Part shown: one piece after another, positions 30,979 through 38,707 of the stretch
Position numbering within the stretch: the stretch's first letter is position 1
Layout: every line of letters starts with the position of its first letter
Origin: an uncultured Planctomycetaceae bacterium
Lineage (GTDB): Bacteria > Planctomycetota > Planctomycetia > Planctomycetales > Planctomycetaceae
DNA: 64,000 bases
Assembly: GCA_963833105.1 (NCBI GenBank)
Contig: CAWHWU010000033.1
Span: forward strand, 29,030 to 93,029
Direction: 5' to 3'
Notes under the pieces: model-generated
Databases searched by the model: none
What the model was told of the DNA's origin: nothing
What the model saw: only the letters and a program-made list of their open reading frames with translations
Program-made: the position numbers and the translations under genes

Positions 30979-31278
30979 GATGCCACGACCGTACGAGATT
31001 TCAGCCCCGGAGGGGCGGCGGTCTGCTTGCCACCCGCGCAAGCGGGTGGTTGCGTGGCCGCATACCGCTGCGAAGCCCCCGCATCCGTTAGGACGGGTAC
31101 CCGGGCGACACTCGTTTAGCCGTTCACCGCACAATCGCGCATCGGCTGTCTCTCGCACAAAGGCGTGTCGCTCGGGTACCCGTCCTAACGGATGCCAAAG
31201 CTTCAGGATAATCAATGGGTTCCCGATCCCACCCGCTCGCGCGGGTGGCAAACGGACCGCCGCCCCTCCGGGGCTCAG
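30979..31278 (+). repeat. 300-bp nested-palindrome element, copy 1
   Basis: Outer inverted repeat of about 47 nt: AGCCCCGGAGGGGCGGCGGTC..TGCCACCCGCGC.AGCGGGTGG pairs with CCCACCCGCTCGCGCGGGTGGCAAACGGACCGCCGCCCCTCCGGGGCT. Inner pair: CCGCATCCGTTAGGACGGGTACCCGGGCGACAC with GTGTCGCTCGGGTACCCGTCCTAACGGATGC. Confidence 0.85.
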
Positions 31279-31929
31279 GAGAAACAATCACGGGGTGCCA
31301 CGTCCACGGGTTTGCGTGGGCTGGGCGTAGAATCAGCGTTTTCCGAAGAGCCGCCCAAACACAACCCCGACGATTAACCCGCAGCCGGCACCGATTAACA
31401 GTGTTGTGTTGCCACCTGCAAAAACACGCTGGGCGACCAATGGCCCCATTATCGCCCCTACACCGCCGCACATCATGCACGCGCCACTTCTCGGGATAAG
31501 GCAAAGGGGACGCCGCTCTTTCTGGGGGCTCGGAGCTGAGCAACAGGGACGCGGACGGCTGGTAAAAAAACCGTTGCCGTCAGTCAGGCGCCCTACGCCC
31601 AAGGGTCGCCTTCCGTTAACTTTTGAAGACGACCCAGCGTAGCGCTCGCTAACACGCGGCGGAGCCGACCGATGACCGACAAGCAGAAAATAGGATGGCG
31701 TCATGCCGCAACTAAAGTGGAATGAGACCGACTTTCTCACGTGCCTCGAAGTTGAGCCGAGAATCGACGAGTACGAGACTGAAGCCCGGAAAAGCCCGGA
31801 AAAGGTGTCAGGAACCTTTCCGGGATCTGAAGAATGAGTAACAAGGCATTTCATTCATCCTTCCGCCTTCGTCCTTGGCACTTACCGCTTGTCGCCTGGT
31901 GGTGGAATCCTCCCTTTGCAACCGCACCT

Positions 31930-32229
31930 GATGCCACGACCGTACGAGATTTCAGCCCCGGAGGGGCGGCGGTCTGCTTGCCACCCGCGCAAGCGGGTGG
32001 TTGCGTGGTCGCATACCGCTGCGAAGCCCCCGCATCCGTTAGGACGGGTACCCGGGCGACACTCGTTTAGCCGTTCACCGCACAATGGCGCATCGGCTGT
32101 CTCTCGCACAAAGGGGTGTCGCCCGGGTACCCGTCCTAACGGATGCAAACGCTTCAGGATAATCAATGGGTTCCCGATCCCACCCGCTTGCGCGGGTGGC
32201 AAGCGGACCGCCGCCCCTCCGGGGCTCAG
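31930..32229 (+). repeat. 300-bp nested-palindrome element, copy 2 (about 97% identical, same orientation, offset 951 bp)
   Basis: Direct alignment by eye to 30979-31278 shows about 8 substitutions of mixed type. Confidence 0.85.
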
Positions 32230-32241
32230 AAATACAGAAAT

Positions 32242-32274
32242 AAAAGGGGACGCAGCTCTGCTGCGTCCCCTTTT
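32242..32274. terminator. perfect 15-bp-stem hairpin AAAAGGGGACGCAGC-tct-GCTGCGTCCCCTTTT; bidirectional intrinsic-terminator-like
   Basis: Read directly. The GC-rich stem is flanked by an A-run and a T-run, so either strand gives a stem followed by a U-tract. Confidence 0.7.
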
Positions 32275-32313
32275 TCAGTCCCAGTCTTGATCGACATCGA
32301 CGACAAGAGGGCC

Positions 32314-34201
32314 TCAATCCGCAGTGGACAAGAAAGGGCCCCGGAGTCGCGGGTACGACCAGAATCTGCCAGCCCCATTTCTTGTCGCTCCGCCGGGCCT
32401 CGACGTTCGGGCGAGTTTGAGTCGAGATGCCCAGTGATTGCCCGTCGGCCGACATGGTCAAAAGGTAGATGGAAACGTCGCCCGGCAGCTTGAGCAGCTC
32501 GCGGCTCTGGCCCGTCGTGAGATCGAGCCGATACAGCGTCCCGGAAATGCCGCCGAAGACAAGACCGGGCGCGTCAACCTCTTCGGCCACGGCGTACGTG
32601 AATGTCTCGGAATACGCCCAGTGCGGATCGCTCAATTCGCTCCCCGCGTCGCGGGGGACGCTGGCCCAGTCGTAGACGCGCAGCCCCGCGCTGGTCCCAC
32701 ACCAGAGCCAACGTCCGTCCCGGCTGAAACCGGCGGCAAAAACCTTCTCGACGGCTTGGGTCGGAATGACGGGAGTGCGGCCCTCGTGCATCGCCTGCAG
32801 CTGGTCTTTTTGCTCTGCAAAACTCTGTTCCATTTGGCGGCGCATCTTTTCGATCATCTCCTCGGCGTCGACCCCCTGGTTGGATCGGCCGGCCGCCTCC
32901 CGTAACTGTTTCGTCATCGCTTCCAACTGGGCGCGGGCTTGTTTCATGAACTCGTCGACGTCGATCTTACGGAATTGCTCTTGGACCTCTTGGAACACCG
33001 CGGCGACCTGCGGCAACGGCTGTGACATGCCCCCGACGTAGAGCGGCCGCCAGTGCGGGTTCTCGCGGATCGCGATGAGTCCGAACCGGTTGCCGCCTCC
33101 CACAAGCCAGTCTCCGTCGGGATGAAATGCCAAGGGCTGGCAATACCCGCCGTCGCAGGAAGCGATTACGCGGAGGCCCGAGACTTCTCTGACGAGCGTT
33201 TCGCGTCGGGAGGAATGGGCGATCCGCTTGCCGTCCGCGGAGAGGGCCGCCGACAGGGTGAGATCGGTTTCCGGGATGTCGGCGACGAGCTTCCACTGGC
33301 CGGCGTCGACGTCCCAGGCACGCACACGGCTCGCGCCCGCGACGGCGAAACGCGTGCGCGAGGCGTCGCTGACGACGGCCCTGACGTCACTAGGCGCGTC
33401 CAGCGTCAATGGCCGCGGCGTGTCCCAGGGACTCGCGTAAATGGCGAATGAAACGACGCCTGGCCCATGGTCCGACCACGCGACGAGAAAGCCCTCATGC
33501 ATCGCACAGGCGTAGGCCAGGCCCACGATGCCCTCTGTGCGTTCCTCGAAGTAGAGCAGCCGCCCCTCTTGCTGCAATCTCTTGAGTTCATCGGCGAGTT
33601 GCTTTTTGAGCGCGCGTTCTGCTGCGCCTTGGACTGGACGCGGTCGGCCGGAATCTCTTTGAACCGGCTCCAGCCGCGGACGCCTTGCGTTTCTTCTTCC
33701 TTCAAATATTCATAGGCATGTATCAGGTTGGGCACGCCCGTGATGCGCCCCAGCTCGTCGAGCTGCATTTGCGCCAGCGGGTACGCCCCTTCGCGCGAGA
33801 ACTTCCGCCAGTTTGGCCGGCTCGCCCCCCACGAGTTGCGATAAAACCACCGGATTGCCGGTCGTGGCTTCCTGTTCGGCCTGGTCCTCCGCGCCGAAAT
33901 AGCCCGGCACCGACCAGTAGGAATCGACCAGCTTTTTCTTGTGCCAGAGCCAGTAGGCCAAGACATCGTCGTCGTGGACGAGCACGTGCCACACGGTGCC
34001 GCCCAAGCGTTTTGCGAGTTCTTCGCCGACGCGCTGGTCCTGGCCATTGCCGCTCGGAAAGATGCCGACCCAGCCCGACACAACCGGGCTCACGAGGCAC
34101 TGGATCTCGAGCTCTTTGGCGACGGCGGTTGCCGCTTCCAACACGGCCTCGCGGTTGCCGCATTTGACTTGTGTGGAACCGAGAAATGCGCCCATCAACA
34201 T
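32314..34201 (-). CDS. hypothetical protein: unknown N-terminal domain plus a WD40/beta-propeller-like region interrupted by a coiled-coil insert; at least 2 frameshifts (about 33610, about 33790) and an uncertain 3' end
   Basis: Three ORF-track pieces join naturally. Piece 1 ends ...GGEPAKLAEVLAR. Piece 2 is EGAYPLAQMQLDELGRITGVPNLIHAYEYLKEEE...ADRVQSKAQ. Piece 3 begins ERALKKQLADELKRLQQEGRLLYFEE.... The last frame formally stays open to 32075, but there it reads through the 32242 hairpin and the palindromic element. The real stop is probably near 32314 in another frame. Confidence 0.6.
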
Positions 34202-34291
34202 CCTCCGCAGCCAGGCGAGCCGCCACCGTACACTGCGCGGGCGGAGTGGGCAACAAAATTCTTTGGGGGACGCGAAACGGCGAAAAGAGGC

Positions 34292-34309
34292 GAAAAGGGG
34301 ACGCAGCTG
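34292..34309. repeat. left arm GAAAAGGGGACGCAGCTG of an 18-bp perfect inverted repeat bracketing the LRR gene
   Basis: It is the reverse complement of 35560-35577. Sixteen of its nt are identical to the left arm of the 32242 hairpin. Confidence 0.8.
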
Positions 34310-34639
34310 AATAGCACTAACCGAAGCCGGAAGCGGGTATCGATGGAAAGGTGATGGCTGACGAAGGGCGGTTCTAAGTCGCTCTCTAAAAGATCCCGGC
34401 CTCCGTCAAAAATGTGGTTGTTGCAAGGACGTGAATAAAGATGCGTTTGGCACGGACGTTGACCGCGGTGGCCGAGGCGCGCGTGGTGCTGCGAGAGCCG
34501 TAAAGATGTAGTACAAAATCCCGTAGAGGGCGAGTACGGCCATGGACAGGATCGCCTCGAGCAAGCGATCGCGCCACGCAGTCCAGCTGAACAATCCAAG
34601 TGCGAGCAGAGTCACGACAATGGCCCTGCCATCCGGCCC

Positions 34640-35470
34640 ATGACAGACGTGACGCATCCTCAGAAATCCTTGCTCTTCCCCGCGTTTGCCGGCTTTCCGG
34701 ACGTCGTGTGCGATGTGACTGATATTGCAGATGGTGCAACATCGGTCCGATTGTCTGAGAAAGTTCTCAATTTTGATGCTTTGCCGAATCGGAGAGGGCT
34801 GACGAAGCTGTGGTGCTTTGCCATTGACGACAGGAGACTGCGGATTCTTGCGTCCTGCGAATCCCTAACGCAGCTCTTCATGGATGGGCTACGGGTCGGC
34901 GATTTGTCCCCCTTGGCGCACGGCCTGACGCTCGAAACGCTCTACCTGGACACCGCGCCGAAGATTCAGTCGCTCGATTGGGTAGGCGCGCATGGCGACT
35001 TAAAGAGGCTTGGCATCACTCACTTTCGGTCGGTGACCTCGCTGGGACCGTTGGCCGGGCTGACCCAACTTCAGGCGCTCGCAGTCGCCGGCTCGATGTG
35101 GAATCGGATGACCGTCGAATCGCTCACGCCGCTCTCCAATCTCACGGCACTGACGTTTCTGCATTTAACAAACCTCAAGCCTGTGGACGTTTCGCTTGAG
35201 CCGTTGCACGGACTGACGGCGCTCGAAGAACTGGAGTGCGCCAACTTTTACCCGATGGAAGAATTCGCGAAGCTCGCGGCGGCGCTCCGCCAGACGCGCT
35301 GCGACTGGTTTGAACCCTGCGTGCGGTTCCCTCATGTTGCGTGCAAGAAATGCGGACAACAGGAACTTGTCTTGCTAACCGGAATGGGTGCACGGACTCT
35401 TTGCCGAACCTGCGATCAAAAGCGCGTGCGAAAGCATGAAGACGCGTTTTGGGCCATCGCCCGACCATGA
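34640..35470 (+). CDS. leucine-rich repeat protein with a C-terminal CxxC...CxxC zinc-ribbon-like motif
   Basis: Repeated LxxLxxLxL units (LTQLFMDGLRVGDLSPLA, LETLYLD, LKRLGITHFRSVTSLGPLAGLTQLQALAV, LTALTFLHLTNLKPVDVSLEPLHGLTALEEL). Then CKKCGQQ...CRTCDQ. Confidence 0.75.
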   Translation: MTDVTHPQKSLLFPAFAGFPDVVCDVTDIADGATSVRLSEKVLNFDALPNRRGLTKLWCFAIDDRRLRILASCESLTQLFMDGLRVGDLSPLAHGLTLETLYLDTAPKIQSLDWVGAHGDLKRLGITHFRSVTSLGPLAGLTQLQALAVAGSMWNRMTVESLTPLSNLTALTFLHLTNLKPVDVSLEPLHGLTALEELECANFYPMEEFAKLAAALRQTRCDWFEPCVRFPHVACKKCGQQELVLLTGMGARTLCRTCDQKRVRKHEDAFWAIARP

Positions 35471-35559
35471 ATGACGACCGAGCGGTTTTAGGCTGTAAAT
35501 TGGGCTGAGTTCAGTCGTCGTGCCCTATCGCATTTTCTGTGATGGCATCGCACAAAGAG

Positions 35560-35577
35560 CCAGCTGCGTCCCCTTTT
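35560..35577. repeat. right arm CAGCTGCGTCCCCTTTTC of the 18-bp inverted repeat
   Basis: It is the reverse complement of 34292-34309. Fifteen of its nt are identical to the right arm of the 32242 hairpin. Confidence 0.8.
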
Positions 35578-35586
35578 CCCACCACC

Positions 35587-35794
35587 CGAAGTCGAGCCGC
35601 TCCCGCTCACGAGCCCCTTGCTCAAATTCGACAACGTCCTCTTTGCGGGGCACACGGCCGGCATGAACATCGAGTCCAAGTACGACACGTTCAAGATGTG
35701 CGCCGAGAGCCTGGTCAAGCTCCACAGCGGCGGCTGGCCGGCCGAATGCGTCGTCAACCTCCGTGGCGTCACGGGCTGGAAGTGGCAGAAGTAA
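35587..35794 (+). pseudogene. 3'-terminal remnant (last about 68 codons plus stop) of a paralogous 2-hydroxyacid dehydrogenase gene
   Basis: It aligns by eye to 30037-30246 with about 14 substitutions in 208 nt (EVEPLPLTSPLLKFDNVLFAGHTAGM...GWPAECVVNLRGVTGWKWQK). No upstream coding part is present. A GGATGAAGG-type tract follows, as in the intact gene. Confidence 0.85.
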
Positions 35795-35817
35795 TAGAAA
35801 GGATGGAGGATGAAGGA

Positions 35818-37331
35818 CTTTACTGTCGGAATCATCGTCGTTGATCGGGGCGTAAGGGGGGTAAGCGTTTGCGTTTTTGGTAGTGGTAGAAGCGTGCGGT
35901 TTCGTTGCGTCGGAGTTGGCGGGTCGCGGAATTGGCGACGGATTCGGGATGCAAGAGGTTCCATTGCTGTTGCAGAGTTCGGGCGATGAGTTGGCGGACT
36001 TGAGGAACGCTGAGAGCCGGTGTCGTTTGTCGTCCCTTAAGTGATTCGCTCACGAGGAACCAGGTCGCCAGGAGCGAGAGTGTTTGATGGTGATGCCAAC
36101 CTTGCCAGGTCCGCGCTTGGTAGTCGGCCAATCCGGCTTCGCTTTTGCCGCGCCGGATGGTTTCCTCGACGCGGCGTTCGGCGGAGATCACGCGCGCAAA
36201 CTCGGCGGCGGGAGTGCTCGCCGATGCGTTGGACAAATAGATGTCGTCGTGTCGCAGGTCGTGTTCGTCGCGATAACGCGTGAGGATCAAGACCTCGGCG
36301 TAGGGCAGTTTGCGACGGTTGTCCATGGTCTGCACGTGCGGAACGACGGCGATCTCCACGAACAGCGGCCCCTTTTCGCCATCACGCACGTCGATCGACT
36401 GCCACGCCCCTTCAGGAAGTTGATCGCGAATGCGGGTCACACTCACAAACGGACGAGCGGTCGGGCCGCCGGGCCCGCAGTGGGGAACTTCCTGGCCGTC
36501 CAGGATGCGGGCCGTGATGTTACTCGGAATGGCCAGCACGTAGCGTTCTCCCAATTCGTGCAAATCTCGGCGAAAATGGGTCACTTTCCCAAATTCGTCG
36601 TCAGCCGTGATCCAGGCATGTGGCAGGATCGGGCCGCGGGTCCGGATCATCTCCAGAAGCTTGCGCGTGTCGCGTCTGAAAGCGGACCTGAGGCGGGACG
36701 CCGGCCGTACGGCAGCGCTGGCGATCTTTCGTCCATTCCTCGGGCAGATACAGTCGGAAGTCGCACAAGGCGTGTTCGCGTCGCGAGACGTAGGCCAAAT
36801 AAACACCGACTTGGCAGTTGGTGACTTTGCCCAACCGGCCGCACCATTGTTGGGCCGCGCCGACCGATTTCCGGCCCTGCTTGGGAAATGCCGAAGGATC
36901 GATGACCAGCACGCCATCGGCCTCGCCCAGCGTGGCCGCGATCTGGCCGCACAACTCGTCCATCAACGGCACGTGGTTCCAGGTCGAACTGCCGATGAAG
37001 TGCTGCAGATCGTGGCGATCCTGATCTTGCTCGTAAGCGATCGCTTCCGTGTTCTTGCGAGTCACGTTCGACAACAACCCTTTGCAAAACTGCTGAACAT
37101 GTTGCCGTTGACGGTCATTCGACAAACCGTCCAAAAACGGCTTGAGAAAAACAGAGAGCTCCGCGGGCAATCTCCTGACATGGTCGGGCGACACCTCGCA
37201 TTGTTTCAGCATCTGCTCCTTGCGCAATATAAAACGACGATCCATCGCCAGTCTCCCATAACTGATCCTTCGTTTGGAAGATCTCGATCTGGCAATAACT
37301 TAAAGACGATCAGCTCCTTCCGACAGTAAAG
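35818..37331 (-). mobile_element. IS701-family insertion sequence (1514 bp), 14-bp perfect TIR CTTTACTGTCGGAA, 4-bp AGGA target duplication
   Basis: 35818 CTTTACTGTCGGAA pairs with 37318-37331 TTCCGACAGTAAAG. AGGA is at 35814-17 and 37332-35. Confidence 0.85.
35832..37245 (-). CDS. IS701-family DDE transposase; frameshift about 36675
   Basis: N-terminal part (ORF 36601..37245): FLKPFLDGLSNDRQRQHVQQFCKGLLS...VLVIDPSAFPKQGRKSVGAAQQWCGRLGKVTNCQVGVYLAYVS...LYLPEEW. C-terminal part (ORF 35832..36917): HAWITADDEFG...YVLAIPSN...EETIRRGKSEAGLADYQARTWQGWHHHQTLSLLA. Confidence 0.85.
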
Positions 37332-37345
37332 AGGATGAAGGATGA

Positions 37346-38625
37346 CAGTAGTTCCCAGTTTGACTCATGCGTCTAAGTCGACGTAAGGCTTGGAACCATC
37401 GTGCAATTGGGCGACCACTTCGAGGGCGATCCATTCGAGCATGCGGCGGAGTCGCAATTTTTCTTGGTGAAGCGTCATCGAATCTCCGTACCCTTCAGCC
37501 AGCATGGTTTCGTGAATCCACACCCAGACATTCCGCAGCAGAAGCGCGACCACGACGAATAGCAGCCGCAGATGGGGATCGCGGGTGCAGGTGTAGATGC
37601 GCGCCTGGCGGGCTTGGCGGTAGCTCGTCTCGATACCGAAGCGTGTCCGATACAGTTCGCGGATCTCCCGTGGGGAACCGCTGACTCGCCAAGCGGCAAA
37701 CAGGAGCTTTTGTTGCTTGTGTTTGCCGTCTTTGCGGTTCTTGTGAGTCCGGTAGGCCACATAAACCGAGACTGTCACCGACTGCTTCTTGTTCTTCAAC
37801 GTGTGCAAGTAGCATCCGACGTTCTGACGTCGGATCCAATGCAGGCCCCGGAGTTTCCGCCGCTTCTTGGGGATTCGTCCCCGAAACATCACCGGCATCA
37901 CGAAGGGAATCTGTTGCTCTTGTAAAAACCGCGTGACGGTGACGTTGAAGAAGGCGCGATCCAACAAAAAACGTCGGATTTTCAGCTCTTTTGCGCGGAT
38001 TGTCGCCAGCAGGCGATTCAACGCCGTGACCGTCGTTTCGTGTCGCCGCACCCAGGTGGCGGCCAAAGTGTAGCGCACTCCGTGGGAGACAATGCAGGCG
38101 GTGGCGTAGGCATGGAATTTTGTGGTTCCCTGTCGCGGCTTGCCGTAGTAAATCTCGTTGCGGCTGCGTTCGGCTCCCCGTAGTAAGGCACCAAGTGCCA
38201 GTCGATCGCCACTGTCCAAGCGCGACGCTGGAGGCGCCGCGGCAGATGATCCGTCAGCGCAGCATTCAACCGCTTCTCCAGAACCCGAAGCGTCTTGGGC
38301 AGTCCCGCCTCCAACGCGCCCATCACGCTGGTGTCCGACGGAGCGTTCGCCAAATCCCGACAGGCCGCGAACACCGAGATCGTTTCGCGGCTGGCGCAAG
38401 ACGATGTTCCAGACAACCGTCGCCGTACATTTCGGCCCTCGATCCTTCAACTGCATCGAGTTGATCAGCCAACTCAGGGCCCACTGATGAACCTCGCTAC
38501 TCGATATGGTATTTCTGTTCCTTGAACGCATGAGCTCCCTCCTTGGGCTTCTGGTTCTCTACACAAACCAGTCTGAGGAGGGGCCTTGCGTTCCTCAACG
38601 TCAACAGGCCGACTTGGAACTACTG
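37346..38625 (-). mobile_element. ISH3-like (IS4-superfamily) insertion sequence (1280 bp), termini CAGTAGTTCC[C/A]AGT, 5-bp GATGA target duplication
   Basis: 37346 CAGTAGTTCCCAGTTTGAC; 38602-38625 is the reverse complement of CAGTAGTTCCAAGTCGGCC. GATGA is at 37341-45 and 38626-30. The terminal 14-15 nt are identical to the MITE ends at 30276 and 30539. Confidence 0.8.
37365..38531 (-). CDS. ISH3/IS4-like DDE transposase; two frameshifts (about 38160, about 38400)
   Basis: AIDWHLVPYYGEP (in ORF 38018..38416) continues as RNEIYYGKPRQGTTKFHAYATACIVSHGVRYTLAA...FLLDRAFFN...YRTRFGIETSYRQARQA (a Y-x2-R-x3-E-type motif). Confidence 0.75.
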   Translation of the reverse strand: MRSRNRNTISSSEVHQWALSWLINSMQLKDRGPKCTATVVWNIVLRQPRNDLGVRGLSGFGERSVGHQRDGRVGGGTAQDASGSGEAVECCADGSSAAAPPASRLDSGDRLALGALLRGAERSRNEIYYGKPRQGTTKFHAYATACIVSHGVRYTLAATWVRRHETTVTALNRLLATIRAKELKIRRFLLDRAFFNVTVTRFLQEQQIPFVMPVMFRGRIPKKRRKLRGLHWIRRQNVGCYLHTLKNKKQSVTVSVYVAYRTHKNRKDGKHKQQKLLFAAWRVSGSPREIRELYRTRFGIETSYRQARQARIYTCTRDPHLRLLFVVVALLLRNVWVWIHETMLAEGYGDSMTLHQEKLRLRRMLEWIALEVVAQLHDGSKPYVDLDA

Positions 38626-38707
38626 GATGAGTAAAACCGGCTTTGTTTCATCCTTCATTCCGCCGAAGGGCGGATTCAAAGCAACGCTTCCGCCTTCATC
38701 CTTTCCG

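Noticed and set aside
30311-32202. ORF-track entries inside the repeats: 30311..30496, 30580..31287, 30947..31330, 31124..31543, 31882..32202, 31889..32290.
   Set aside because: They are translations of the MITE or palindromic DNA. Identical peptides recur with each repeat copy. They lack starts with an RBS and have wrong-frame-like composition.
30979-32229. The two 300-bp near-identical units considered as the template and variable repeats of a diversity-generating retroelement.
   Set aside because: The roughly 8 mismatches are of mixed type, not adenine-specific. Neither copy lies inside a credible ORF. No reverse transcriptase is present in the window.
34406-34657. 83-aa ORF with two hydrophobic helices (DGRAIVVTLLALGLFSW...SMAVLALYGILYYIF) inside the inverted-repeat-bracketed segment.
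   Set aside because: It has no RBS. It overlaps the start of the LRR gene. Its tail turns P/R/S-rich and other frames overlap it. It may be real but frameshifted, but the support is too weak for a feature call.
35832-38531. Frameshifts in the two transposase genes considered as programmed ribosomal frameshifting.
   Set aside because: As far as I know, IS701- and ISH3-type transposases are single-ORF enzymes, and I saw no slippery heptamer. The same kind of indel interrupts housekeeping genes across the window, so sequencing error or simple mutation is more likely.
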